Notes under the pieces: model-generated
Told to the model about the DNA's origin: nothing
The model's database searches: none
Seen by the model: only the letters and a program-made list of their open reading frames with translations
Shown: positions 13,851 to 26,965 of the stretch, in pieces
Layout of the letters: every line of letters begins with the position of its first letter
Position numbering within the stretch: position 1 is the stretch's first letter
Translations under genes and position numbers: made by a program
Source: Stegostoma tigrinum
Taxonomy: Eukaryota
Length of the DNA stretch: 64,000 bases
Direction: 5' to 3'
Assembly (NCBI RefSeq): GCF_030684315.1
Contig: NC_081397.1
Span: forward strand, 10,316,421-10,380,420

Positions 13851-14689
13851 ATTGTCAGCAGCCAGGAATATTATCGGTGGAGGTGTGACTCATTATGTGA
13901 TAGTTGCTATGAGAGTAATTTTACGTGGATTTCATTCAGATACTGAGTGTATAATTTCAGTCTATCCATCTTCAAAATGGTGTAAAAGTCAATGGGTGAT
14001 GAATTCTGAAATTTGTTGGAACTGTGCATTTGGAATGGAGAGACAAGAAAAATAAAGTTTCATTTCCTCAACGTTGTTTTACTGTTTGTTTGAACATAAC
14101 TGTTGGAAATTAAGCTCACTGTGTGTCTGACTCAATCTGCTCTGTGACTGTGGAAAGGATGTTCTGACAGTGGGAACATACCTGCTGTTTGTCAGAAGGA
14201 TCTGGTCACACTTGCCATTGTACTGAAGAAATCTTACTTTGTCTTGGTCCTTCAAGTGTTTTTCTGCAGGAAAACAGAAGAGATAGTTCATGTAAACCAG
14301 CATCAGTTGGGTTTGACAATGTTTAACTGATCAACACAACATTTAGTTAATAATCATTTGGATATTTTAATATCACTAGGAATTCTGACATAACTATGGG
14401 TCTTGGTCCAATCTAGCCCTGAGCTGCTCCTTGTTTGATCATTTCTAAAAACTTCAACACCATTTGAATGAGGTCCTCAAAGTAAATGATACCTGTACAG
14501 CTCCATGACTGGAACTCCCCAGTGGAAGCTTGTCAGTGGATATGAGTTTAGTTATTGATCTATTCATGTTGGTTCCTACTTAGTGAATGTGTGACTGTAG
14601 TTATCAATGTGTCCCTCTAAGTCTTTGGTAATTACTCATGAATTACACAGCAGAGAATGGCAGGGACAGAATGATAAGGAACTATTGAT

Positions 14690-15870
14690 CAATTTAAATT
14701 ATACAGCACAGAAGGTGGCCATTGAGCTCATCATCTCCATGCTGACCCAAACACCCCAAAATGGCCATCATAATCCGATCTTCTTGCATACATCCCATAG
14801 CCCTGCAGCTTACAGAGTTAATGTGGAGGTCCAGGTATGTTCTTACAAGAGTTGAGAATCTCTGCTATCAGCAACTCAGGTAGCATATTTGAGATAAGCA
14901 TCCTCTCATAAAAATGGTTTTTCTCCCATCATTTCTCATCCTCTTGCCACTTCACTTAATCAACTCCCGATGGTTTTAAACTCTATGCCAAGGGAAACAG
15001 ATTCCCCCTGTTGATTCTATCTCTGCCCATCCCAATTGCCTCAAACATGGCACTCCCAGCTTTCACTGTTCAAAATAATACAGCTTCAACCTCTACAATT
15101 ATTCCTCATAGCTACAACTCTCCAGCCCTGGCAACATTCCAGTAAATCTTCTCTGCAATATATCCAGAGCAATAACATCTTGCTGTAATGTGGTGACCAT
15201 AGCAGTGCACAATACATCAGTTCCAGCCTCACCAGTGTCTTCTATAGTTTCATCGTTCTGGCCCTACTTGCGTGCTTCATACCTCTGTCAAAGAAGGACA
15301 GCATTCTATATACCTAGTTTAACAACCTTATCCACCTGTACTGCTATTGTCACACTCCAGTACACTTGCACACCAAGACCACTCACTTTATCTACAATTT
15401 CCACACCACCTCATGTATTCCCATTTCATGTCCTTTCACCTCTTGAAATGCATTACCTCACATTTATCAGAGTTGAACTCCATGTGCTACTCATCTGCCC
15501 CTTCCACCAAACCTTCTCTATCATTTTGGAGCTGACAGTTATCCTCTGCACTACCAGTACTCTGATAAATTTTTGTGTTGGCTGAAAATTTCCCAATCGT
15601 AACCCACACGTTCAAGTCCAAGTTGTTACCATATAAAACAAACAGCAGCGGTCCCAACACTGAGCTGTGCGAAACACCACTTGAAACAGCTTTCCATTTA
15701 CAAGGGCAGCCATTGACCATTTGATTCCTGTTGCTGAGCCAACTTTGCTTCCAATTTAACACATTGCTCTGTATCCCATGAGCCTGTCTATTTCTGATTC
15801 ATCTGCTGCATGGTACTTTATCAAATGTCTTACTAAAATCCATGTAGTTAACATGCATTACACTACCCTC
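14690..15870 (-). mobile_element. Old CR1 LINE fragment
   Basis: [26 protein letters not shown] on the minus strand. Confidence 0.8.
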
Positions 15871-15884
15871 ACATTCACGTGGCA

Positions 15885-16500
15885 GTCACTGACAGGTATC
15901 GATTGACAACTAAAATCACACATCCACATTGTGAAAACTGGCAGGGACTGATTGAAAAATACAACTGCATCTTCACACAGCAATCAGTATCTGTTTCTGT
16001 TATTTAGATGTGAGTTTTCTTATTAATCTGTTGATAATGATGTGTGAACATGCAACGTGAACATTTGGGTGCAAATTTCAATCCGTACCTGTCCACGTCT
16101 GCTCTGGGAACCTGAGAATGTAGTTATTCATCTGCAACTATCAGTTTCTGTGATGTGAATATATAAATGTAGTTATGAATTTATAACTCAGTTTCCTCTA
16201 CGCGAATACGAGAATACAGTTATCTATTTCTACCGATCATTCTTGGCTATGTGCATATACGGACATTGTGATCAATCTGTCCCTGTCATTACCTGCTGTG
16301 TGAATGTTGAAGTGCAATTGAAAACCTTTTCCACTCAGTTTCTGTGATGTGAATATGGAAATATAATTATTATTTCCCCCTGTCAGATTCCGCTCTGTGA
16401 ATACAAGTGCCTCGTTATGCCACATGAGGCTTGGGAGTGTTACTGCAAGTTTCTTCCGATCGGTTTCTGCTTTGTGAATTTGAGGGTAGTAATATTGTCA
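15885..16500. repeat. 49-bp minisatellite array (first ~100 bp inverted)
   Basis: CTGACAGGTATCGATTGACAAC at about 15890 (minus sense), then plus-sense units. Confidence 0.75.
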
Positions 16501-18949
16501 AAGAGTCATACAGCTGCGAAACAGACCTTTGGTCCAACAGTCCCTGATGACCACAGGCATCAATTTCATTCCTTTCCTTTCAGCATCTGTTTGTTGTATG
16601 AGAGAGAGTTTTCTGATGAGCTGCCAATCTGAATTAAAGATAGGTATTGGTCTAAGTCACACTGTCCTTTAAATGTCTGTTTGTGTTTCTAGCTCGGCAT
16701 GTATGATCTGATACCCTTGGTGAGGTGTATTATAAAATCATCATAGCACTAACTTATAACACATTAATCATAAAGAGAGTGCGAGAATTCTCTGAAATAG
16801 TCAGTCTCCCACTGAGATTGCAAGTGTGGTTATTGTTAGTTTCATCAGCATCGGGCTGACGTTCACCATGGGATCAATTCAGTCTCTGGCATTGTGTGTC
16901 AATGTGTTCCTCATGCTTTGTCATCATATTTCACACGGACACCGAATGGGTAATGTTGTGGGTAATGTTCAAATGGGTAATGTTGCATTGAACATGTTAC
17001 TTGTAGGAACTGCTGACATCCTTCTGTTGTTCAAATCTCTGCTGCTCAACATGAATGAGATTTTACCCAATGCCCTATGAATCAGATCATGTAAATGAAA
17101 CTGTTTTAATACCTTTGTCAGTCTCTGACTCTGTAGATGCAGTTTGGTTAATGTCCACAAATATTGAGTCTCTGTACAGGTTATGATAGTAAGTTTGGTT
17201 CTGGATTGGGCAGTCACTCATCTGACTGTGTATTTCAAATTTATTCCTCCTGTAACAAGATCATTATGTGAGCGTTTCTTCAATCCATTGCCAATAATCT
17301 CCAGTTATCTGTTTGCATCTGTATCTGTTCACGACCCTATTTGCTTTCTTCTTTGGTCCATTTAATAACACCTTTATGCAGTACTTGTGTACGAGATGAG
17401 AGCTGCTTTTTAATTTGTACCTCTTTGGAGGCAAATTACATTGTAATGTTTATTTCATTTTAGACTTGGCCTACTATAGTTCAGTTCCAACAAAGGAAAT
17501 TGATACATTAGTTACATGTCCAAATCTAAGACATGGTGCGATATTTGGAGGCATATTTAATCTGGCTTTCAATTTACTTCTTGAGCTGTTTCAGTAGAAT
17601 TCATCATTGATCATGCAATAGCTTCAGTATTTTCTAATGTAGTGAACATGACTAATTTACTTTATGCCAAGCTGATACCTCATACTTAATCCTAAAGGAG
17701 AGCATTCACATACCGGGATTGAAGTACTTCACTCTTACCCTGTCCTATGAATGCTGAATGAAAGAGGAGCTCTCCCACCCAGGTGATATTTAAGAGAAAT
17801 GGCATTTTCTTTTGTTTTCGCCTGGGTATCTACTAACCTGGCAGCATCTCCGTGCTTTGTAAGTTATTCTGTACCCACCGTGCATTGGCACAGGAGCTGC
17901 TGTTATGAAACAAGACAGACAGATACACTCAATTGATCCTATTTCCATCTTCCTGTATTGCGTTACTGAGCAGATTAAGTATTTCTTGGAAAGTGGGCAG
18001 CCAATTACCACCATGGCAGAGGACAGAGTTTTCAGTTCATCTCTCCTTTCGCATATGGGAAACAGCCTATGTTCTTCAGTTGTTTGTGCCTACAACATTT
18101 ATAAGCAAGTGAAAATGCAAGACATTGCAACTGAAATGCGTCTGTGCTTTTCCTCAAGAGTTGAGGACAGAAAATAAATGGATCTTTGTAAAGGATACAT
18201 TGCAGAGACTAATCGCTGTGGTGATATCAAAGGATATTTTCAGGATGATATTAATATCATTCAACATTGCATAGTGGCACAAGTCTTGGAATGCTGCTAA
18301 ACTAAAGATGTTAATTTCGTATGTTATTGCCAAAGATGAAGTGCAATGAACAAATGAACTGCATTGCGGCTGACTGACCACAATGTTGCTTGTGCAGGAA
18401 AGAAAATTAGCTTTCTCACTTCGATTTTGTTTTATGGCGCAGACATTAACATGCTCGGTGTTGAACTTTTGTTTTCTGTCATGTAGTGGGTAAAACTGGG
18501 GCCGTCAAACTGAATTTACTGAAGAATAAACACTGTTGAACCCTCTTTGCAAAATATAAATGAGGACGGTTATGTAGTTATATTGCTTGTTTGAAAAAAA
18601 TGGCATGAAGCGTCCTTGTGTTTGATGTAAAAATTCAGATGGAATGTCAAGAGGAACACAGGGCTATTTGAACAAAATTTAAGCTAATTTGAAAACAAAA
18701 GGTCTATGATTATAAAGTCCTCTTGCTTAAGATAGAATAAAAGATATTCTAATCATGCTAGGTGAAGCAATTGACAACTGATAAAGGTGAGGATGATACT
18801 TCATCTGCCAACATGACACATTTATGGAATTTGAATACTGGCTGAATTGATGTAGAATTGTCGGCTGGTTGTTTCTAAACAGTGCAGGTTCAATGAGAGA
18901 AAGGTCTGTTTGCTGTGCTGCAGACATCTATGAATATATGGGTGTGAGT

Positions 18950-19465
18950 GATAAGCATTGATCCGTACTTGTTGGTAGCTGTCACGTGAAGATATAAGCG
19001 TAACCATCCAACTGTCCCTCTCAGTTTCTGCTGTGAAATATGAGAGTTTAGTTATCAATCTATATCCATCAATTCCTCTCTCATGAATGCAAAAGTGTTA
19101 CAAATATGTCCTAGTCAAAATCTTCTGTGAATATGCAAATGTTGTTATCAATCTACATATGCTTATGCTTTTGCTTTCCTGTCATGTGTGGATGTATTTA
19201 TCAGCCTGTACCTGTCAGTTTTTGCAGTCTGAATGTGTGTGTAATTATCTTACTGTCCCTGTCACTTTCTGATGTGTGAATGAGTGTACTGTTATCAATA
19301 TGTGCCTGTCAGTTTCTTCTCTATGGCTGTGCAAGTGTATTTACCCATTTGGCCCTGTCAAATCCTGTCCTGTAAATCTGACAGATGAGTTATTAGGCTA
19401 TGCCTGAAGCTATCTGGTTTGTGAATGTGTGAATGCATTTATCATTCTCTCCCTGTATAATTTCT
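18950..19465 (+). repeat. 49-bp minisatellite array
   Basis: Repeated GTTATCAATC / CCTGTCAGTTT units. Confidence 0.85.
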
Positions 19466-19920
19466 AGGGTCGGGTTTATGTCTTATTCCGGCTTGGTCTG
19501 TCTCTGGTCTGGACACATTTAGAGTTTAATGTTCATTTCTTGTTGCAAGCTCACTGTATGAGACATTATTAATTGTATAGTCAACAATCTAGGTTATCTG
19601 CCTGAATGTAGGTTTTTTTTGTATCATTTCAGGTCAATATTTGATTTCCTTCTGGTCTATTTAAATAGCAAAGTTTATATACAGTAGAAGTGTTTCAGAT
19701 GGTTTTCACTATTCAGTTTGTAGTTTTATGCAAACAAATGCAATGTCAATGTCAATTTCAATCTGAAACCTGTCCTGATGTGCAATTTCTCCAGTTTGTA
19801 GAAAAGGAAATGACACATTAATTACCTCTAAGTCGATGAGATGGTAACACGTAGAGAGGTGAAATTAATCTCTTGCTCAATATATTTCTTGGACTACTTC
19901 TTGGGAATTCAGTGTGTCAA

Positions 19921-20745
19921 AGAACAAAAAAAAAATTCCAGCAAAGGAACAGGCCCTTTGGCCCTCCAAGCCTGCGCCGATCCATATCCTCTGCCGAAAC
20001 CTGTCGCCTATATTCCAAGGATCTGTATCCCTCTGCTCCCTGTCCAGTCTTGTGTCTGTCTCGATACATCTTAAAGTGACACTATCACGCACATCTCTAC
20101 CACCTCCGCTGGCAAAGTTTTCCAGGCACCCACCGCCCTCGGTGTAAAGAATTTTCCATGCATATCATCCTTATACTTGTCCCCCCTCACCTTGAAATCA
20201 TTACCCCTAGTCATCGAGTTCCACACTCGAGGAAAAAGCTTCTTGCTATCCACCCTGTTGTTGCAACTCATGACTCTGTCGGCCTCAATCAAGTCCCCAC
20301 TCAACCTCCATCTTTCTAATGTAAATAATCCTCATGTACTCAAACTCTATTCAGAGCTAGCACCCTCCATACCAGGCAACATCTTTGTTAACTTCCTCTG
20401 CAACCTTCTCCAAAGCATCAAGATCCTTTTGGTAATGTGGCGACCTGAACTGTATACAGGATTCTAAGTGTGTACAAACCAAAGTCCAATACAACTGTAA
20501 CATGACCTGCCAACTCTTGCACTAAACGACCCATCTGATGAAGCAAAGAATGCAACATGTCTTCTTGGCCATTCTATCGAACTGTGTTGCCATCTTCGGG
20601 TACAATGGACCTGAACACCCAGATCTCTGAGCATCAATTTTTGCCAGGGCTTGTCCATTTTCCGTATAGTTCACTTTTGAATTGGATCTTCCAAAATGCA
20701 TCACCTCGCATTTGCCTGAACTGAACTCCACAAAATTTGTCCAAT
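19921..20745 (-). mobile_element. CR1 LINE 3' end
   Basis: GKCEVMHFGRSN and KFFTPRAVGAWKTLP motifs; absent from the paralogous segment near 57860. Confidence 0.85.
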
Positions 20746-22429
20746 TTTTTTTCCCCCCCATATAATGAATGAGTGATATTCACATTCTGAACACGGGAGT
20801 GCATGTGCACATGAGGATTGAAGTATTTAGCTCACATTCTGTTCTATTTGTCTCTTATCATGAAAGGCTACCTCTCTGACCTGAAATCCGTGAGTGGAAG
20901 TCATCTTCAATATTACACATTCTGAGGTTTGCAATATACATGATCTTCATGGCTGTTAGATGGTGTAACACATGTGATGGGGATAGTGTGTATATTTACA
21001 ACTCAGTGGAGTGCGTGTGTGCCAGAAAGTGTGCACACACACTCTGCTGGCATTCTACGTTAGGCTTTGGGACAGGATGTGCATTTTGAAGGCACATTAT
21101 TTAATTGTTCTGGCTGTGCCTGGGACATCTATTTGACAAAAGATTAATGCTGTCCTGCTCGGTTACTGATAATAATGTCAATGTTTTCCTCCATATCTGT
21201 CCTCATTATCTGCTAGATGTATGGTTGGTGTAACTATGTAGCAGCATGAACTATTTCTTCACCTTGACAGTAACTTTGAAAACATAGTTACTAAATGCAG
21301 ATTTACTGCAGTTCTTTTGTGTCTATTTCAGATGAAAATTCAGTCTATTCATTTTCAAAAATGTTGTAAATGCCAATAGGCTACAAATGATGAATTTTTT
21401 TGAAATGGGGTGGTGTGTGTTGAGAAAACAGAGGGAGAGAAAGAACTATTTGTATTTTGTTGGTTGTGTTTGACTGTTGTCTTGAAAGCATGTCACCAGA
21501 AATTGAGTTTAATGTATCTCTGACTCAATTTGCTCTGTGCCTGTGGAAAGGATGTTCTCTGCTCGGACATGGTAACATACCTGTTGTTTGTTAGAAGCAG
21601 CTGGTCACCCTTAGCTTTGTATTGGCCAAGTATTACATTGTCTTGTTCCTGCAAGTATTTTCCTGGGGGAAGACAGAAGAGTTTACTCCTGTAAATCAAC
21701 ATCAACTAAGTTTTACAATGTCAAAAAGATTAATGTAATATTCAGTTAGTAATTATTAGGATGATTCTTTTCTTTAACTTCTTCTGATGAAGACCAGTGC
21801 TCCAAAAGCCTATCATTTTAAAATAACCTGTCGGATGATGACAGCGTCATGAGACTTCTGCCTTTACTTTAAAGTCATCAATTCAAACACAGCTCTGATT
21901 CCATTTTAACCTTGAGCTGCTCCTTGTCTAAGGATAATTTCTGTTTTAAATATATATGCTTCGATACCAATTGAGTAAAATCCAGAAGTGGAACGATAAT
22001 TGGACAGCTCTACGTAAGGTGCTACCCAAAGCCACTGCGATGTCTGCGCCGTTACCAAATCCCAAAGCACTAACTGTAGAATACATTGACTCTGATCAAT
22101 GTCCGTTACAGGGTTCTTATACTTCCATAGTCTTATCTGTGTTTCGACTTAGACTGCACAATGTTAACAAACAGCATGAAACAGAAGCCAAACAATGAAT
22201 TTCCAGCAGTGTTTAGAAGACTAAAAGCTACAAGACTGACCCCCAGCAGCAGCTTCTTGCCGCTGTGTCTCCCTCAGCAGGCCCACACACAGCCCGAGAA
22301 AGGCCTCTCTCTTCAAGTTCCGGGACCAGTTCCTGCTCCGCTCGGCCTCTTACCTACAGCCCCCGGTTCTCCCTGAACTGAGCCCGAATCAATGCCGGTC
22401 TCGGAGCCCCCTCTGTGTCCCAGACTCAC

Positions 22430-22640
22430 ATCTCGATGCGCTGCTGGAAGGAGCCTGCTGTTCCCTCGCTTCCCTGCGCGCTGGTCTCTCCATTGCGGCC
22501 TGTTTCAAACAAACCTCTTCTACTCACTGAGTCAATGCTCCTCAATGGCAGCGCTGGGGGAAGGCCTTACGCATGCGCTCCTCTAAACAAACAAATGCTC
22601 TTTTTCGAGTGGGTGGGGGAAATCGCGCATGCGCTACTTT
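22430..22640 (-). promoter_or_regulatory. Candidate CpG-rich promoter (NRF1 motifs) and first exon with GTGAGT donor; copies at 46337-46490 (-) and 50540-50748 (+)
   Basis: CGCATGCGC motifs at about 22570 and 22626; GCCGCAATGG Kozak context (ATG 22493); AT|GTGAGT donor at 22430/22429. Confidence 0.55.
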
Positions 22641-22969
22641 TCCGAATAATTCCCAGAAACAAATATCAATTGATCATTTCCCCAATTCACTTTTCTCCCA
22701 GTTTCAGCAAAGCAACTGAGGGCTGTGGGGGAAAGAGCAGAGAACGTTTGTATGTAATGACTTTTCTTTCCCACGATTCAATTCCAATTCGCAAAAACAA
22801 GAGCGTGAAACAGAAGCTGAACGATGAACTTCGATCGTTTCCCGGAACATGTCAGTAACTGCCTCCCTGCGGCTCTCTCACAATCTGATGGGCAAGTGGA
22901 GTAGCTGCCGGCCATTCGACCCTTTAGATGTGCTCCCTAATTCAAAACATCACGTCTAATCTTATGACA

Positions 22970-24730
22970 ACACAGTGTCGAGCTGGATGAATACAGCAGG
23001 CAAAGCAGCATCTGAGGAGCACAAAAGCTGACGTTTCGGGCCTAGACCCTTCATTAGAAAAGGGGGATGGGCAGAGGATTCTGAAATAAATGGGAAGAGA
23101 GGGGAGGTGGACTGATGATGGACAGAGGAGAAGATAGGTGGAGAGGAGAGTATGGATGGGGAGTTAGGGAGGGGATCGGTCAGCCCGGGGAGGACAGATA
23201 GGTCAAGGGGGCAAGATGAGGTTAGCAGAGTGGAAATGGAGGTGCGGCTTGAGGTGGGAGGAGGGGATAGGAGAGAGGAAGAACAGGTTAGGCAGGCTGG
23301 GACGAGCTGGGCTGGTTTTGGGACGCAGTGTGTGGAGGAGAGATTTTAAAGCTGGTGAAATCCACATTGATCCCATTGGGCTGCAGGGTTCCCTAGCGGA
23401 ATACGAGTTGTTTTTCCTGCAAACTAAGGGTACTGCAGGACGCCCAGGATGGAAATGTCGTCTGAGGAATGGGCCCAAGCTACGCCTGTCTCTTTGTAGG
23501 TAATGTGGAACAGTCCCTCTTCCGCACCTACACTGGCCCCAAACCCCACCTCTTCCTCAGTTACATTGATGAATGTATTGGTGCTGCCTCATGCTCCAAA
23601 GAGGAGCTCGAACAGTTCATCCATTTCATCAAAACCTTCCACCCCAACCTCAAGTTCACCTGGACCATCTCTAACACATCCCTCACCCTCCTGGACCTTT
23701 CTGTCGCGATCTCAGGCGACCACCTATAAACCAATACAACAAAATGTGAGGCTGGATGAACACAGCAGGCCAAGCAGCATCTCAGGAGCACAAAAGCTGA
23801 CGTTTTGGGCCTAGACCCTTCATCAGAGAGCTCTCTGCTGAAGGGTCTAGGCCCGAAACGTCAGTTTTTGTGCTCCTGAGATGCTGCTTGGCCTGCTGTG
23901 TTCATCCAGCCTCACATTTTGTTGTCTTGGATTCTCCAGCATCTGCAGTTCCCATTATCTCTGACCTATAAACCAATGCCCATTTCAAGCCCACCGACTC
24001 CCACAGCTACCATGAATACACCTCCTCCCAACCACCTTCCTGCAAAAATTCCATCCCCTATTCCCAATTCCGTCACCGCTGCCGCATCTGCTCCCAGGAT
24101 GAGGCATTCCACTCCTGCACAACCCAGATGTCCTCGTTCTTCAAGGGCCGCAACATTCCACCCCACCCTCCCCCGACAGTGGTCAAGAACACCCTCGGCC
24201 GTGTCTCCCGCATTTCCTGTACCTCATCCCTCACACCCCACCCTCTCAATAACTGCCCCAATAGAATCCCCCTCGTTCTCACATACCACCCCACCAACCT
24301 CCGGAAACAACACATCATCCTCCGACACTTCTGCCATCTACAATCCGACCCCACCACCAAAGGTATTTTTCCATCCCCACCCTTGCCTGCCTTCCAGAGA
24401 GACCACTCTCTCCGCGACTGCCTCATCCACTCAACACTCCCCTACAACCCCACCACACCCGGCACTTTCCCCTGCAACTGCAAGAAGTGCTACACCTGCC
24501 CCCACACCACCTCCTTCACCCCCATCCCAGGCCCCAAGATGACTTTCCATATCAAGCAGATAGTCACCTGCACATCTGCCAATGTGTTATACTGCATCCG
24601 CTGTACATGTGTGGCCTTCTGTGCATTGGGGAAACCAAGTGGAGGCTTACAGACTGCTTTGCAGAACACCTACACTCGCAGTAAATAACCGCACCTCCCA
24701 GTTGCGAACCAGTTCAACTCCCCCTCCCAT
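22970..24730. mobile_element. Penelope-like element with internal inversion (RT and GIY-YIG on +, 3' end/pLTR on -)
   Basis: MGPSYACLFVG and FLSYIDE RT motifs at 23469-23580; NRIPLVLTYHP; YCIRC; inverted pLTR 22970-23472. Confidence 0.88.
23736..23963. mobile_element. 228-bp fold-back mini-element derived from a Penelope pLTR, with 14-bp TSD
   Basis: Near-perfect palindrome 23736-23925 centred at 23830/23831; ACCTATAAACCAAT at 23722-23735 and 23964-23977. Confidence 0.92.
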
Positions 24731-24759
24731 CAATGTGTCCTCAATTTGACCCAGGAATG

Positions 24760-26530
24760 CACTGTATAATATAAGGTTATACACGTTGGTAGCAAAATAA
24801 AAGGAAGGCACTTTATTTTCTGGACGTCGATAGTTGGACACAGTGGAATTTGCAATGAGATCTGGGTGTCCTCACAAACCAATCACTGAAATTAAGCATG
24901 TAGGTGTAGCAGACAGTGAGGAAGGTAACTGGTATGTTTTCCTTCATGGAGAGGTAATTAGAGTACAGGAGAAAAGTAGAAATTGTGGCAATTTAACAGG
25001 GTATCTGTGAGACAACATCTCGAATACTGACAGCAGGTGTGGCCTCCTTATCTGAGGAAGGATGGTGTTACTATAAAGGTAGTTTTAGTGGGCAGATTGC
25101 TGGGATGGAAGGAGAGATTGAATTGTTTGTGAACTTCTGTGCTAAAGTTCATAAAAATGAGGGATTTTTGTAAAAACCTGTTAGCCACTGGCAGACTTAA
25201 ACAATATAAATGCTGGAAAAATATTCCTGATGGTAGGAATTACATGTTTCGGAAATAGGATAGGACATTTAGGGCTGAGAAAGTGAGAGCTTTCTTCATT
25301 CAGAGAACGGTATGCCTCTGGAATTCTCGACCGCAGAAATCAGCTCCATCCAACACACTATATGATTTCAAAATGTTATTGTGTGCAGCAATTGTGAAGA
25401 AATAGAATCAAGGTATAATTGGCTTAATGGCAATAGAGAGAGAGTGAAAGTGGAGGGCTGTTTTGTTTTCAGTCTGGGGGCCTGTCACCAGTGGTTTCCA
25501 CAGGGATTTGTACTGGCTCTGTTTTTGTTTGTCATTTATAAAAATGATGTGGATCAGAATATAGAAGGCATGGTAAGCATGTTTGTGAATGCTCGCAAAG
25601 TTATTATCATAGTGAATGGAGAAGGTTTTCTGAGATTACAAAGGGATCGTAACCCAATCGGTTGGGCTGCAAAATGGAGTTCAACTGGATAACTGTGAGG
25701 TGTTGCATTTTGGTGCAACAATCAAGGGTAGGCCCTGTACAATTAATGGGTAGTGTTGTAGAAGAGAAGGACCTAGAATTCTTTTCAGTCTGCATCACAC
25801 CTCAACAGGATGGTTAAGAAGGTGTTTGGCACGCTTTCCTTCGCTGCTCAGTCCTTTGTGTTTAGGAGGTGGCATTCACATTGACGTTACACAGGGCATT
25901 GGGTGAGGCCACTTCTGAAATACTGCCAACAGTTCTGGTCGGCCAGTTAGAGGAAGGACAGGATTAAGGTGGAGACGGTTCAGATTAAGTTCACCAATAT
26001 TTCGAGTATGTAAGGTTCGAGTTATAAGGAAAGGATGGATAGGCTGCGAGTCTTTTTTTTCACTCGAGTGTGGCATGTTGAAAGTCAGCTTATAGAAGTT
26101 CATAAAATAATGAGAACTGCAGATGCTGGAGAATCCAAGAAAACAAAGTGTTGAGCTAAATGAACACAGCAGGCCAAGCAGCCTCTGAGGAGTACAAAAG
26201 CTGACATTTCGGGCCTAGACACAATGGTAGCTGTCCTTTGCCTGGGAAGGGGGGAATTGAAGAGCGGCATGAACATTTTTAAACTGACAGGAGAAAGATC
26301 AAAAAAATATACGCGAGGGTTTTATTATCACAGAGCCTGATGCAAGTCGAATGAACTTCCTGACGAAATGGTCGATGTGGCTACAATTACAACATTAAAA
26401 CGGCATTTGGATTAGTACGTGAACATGACAGGTTTGAAAGGAAACAGGCCAGGGTCAGGTGGGTGGAACTAGTTCAGTTCGGCATTAAATTCGGCATGTT
26501 ATGGCTGGACTGAAGGATATGCTGAATGAT
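24760..26530 (+). mobile_element. Tandem old CR1 3' fragments with a pLTR fragment at 26110-26220
   Basis: FPQGFVLALFLFVIY and decayed CR1 3' motifs; pLTR GCTGACATTTCGGGCCTAGAC. Confidence 0.7.
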
Positions 26531-26965
26531 TCGATATGAGAGAGAAACGGACACAGGCTATTGAGTTGGATGACCTGCCATTTTCATGAGGACTGGGAGG
26601 AAAGGTTTGAAGGGCTGATTTGTTAGTTTCAGTTGCTATTATTTGTGTTTCTCTGCCTGTTTATTCCCAGAAAAATACTGACCTGGGTGATCAATGTAAC
26701 TTCAAACCAGATGATTGGCTCTTGCAGCTGAATCAGGAGAAGAGCGAATCTCCGGCGCTCCGTCCTCAGAGAGTTTAACAGTGACTGAGGAGAGAGAAAA
26801 AAACTACAACGAACTCCCTGGGTATCGGAGCAAAGGCTGAAAGGAAAATAAATTATATCCGCCCACATTTATATTTCGCGATATTTCTAGCCTGCGACTG
26901 TATGGATGTGAATATTGTGCCAGAGAGACTGTAGGTAAAGGGCGGTCGGGAGAGTTTAACGTAAC

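Noticed and set aside
21500-21535. Hairpin AAATTGAGT...ACTCAATTT downstream of the 82-nt exon, as a possible intronic small RNA
   Set aside because: Pairing is not preserved in the other copies (14105, 38578, 45395), and no C/D or H/ACA boxes are conserved.
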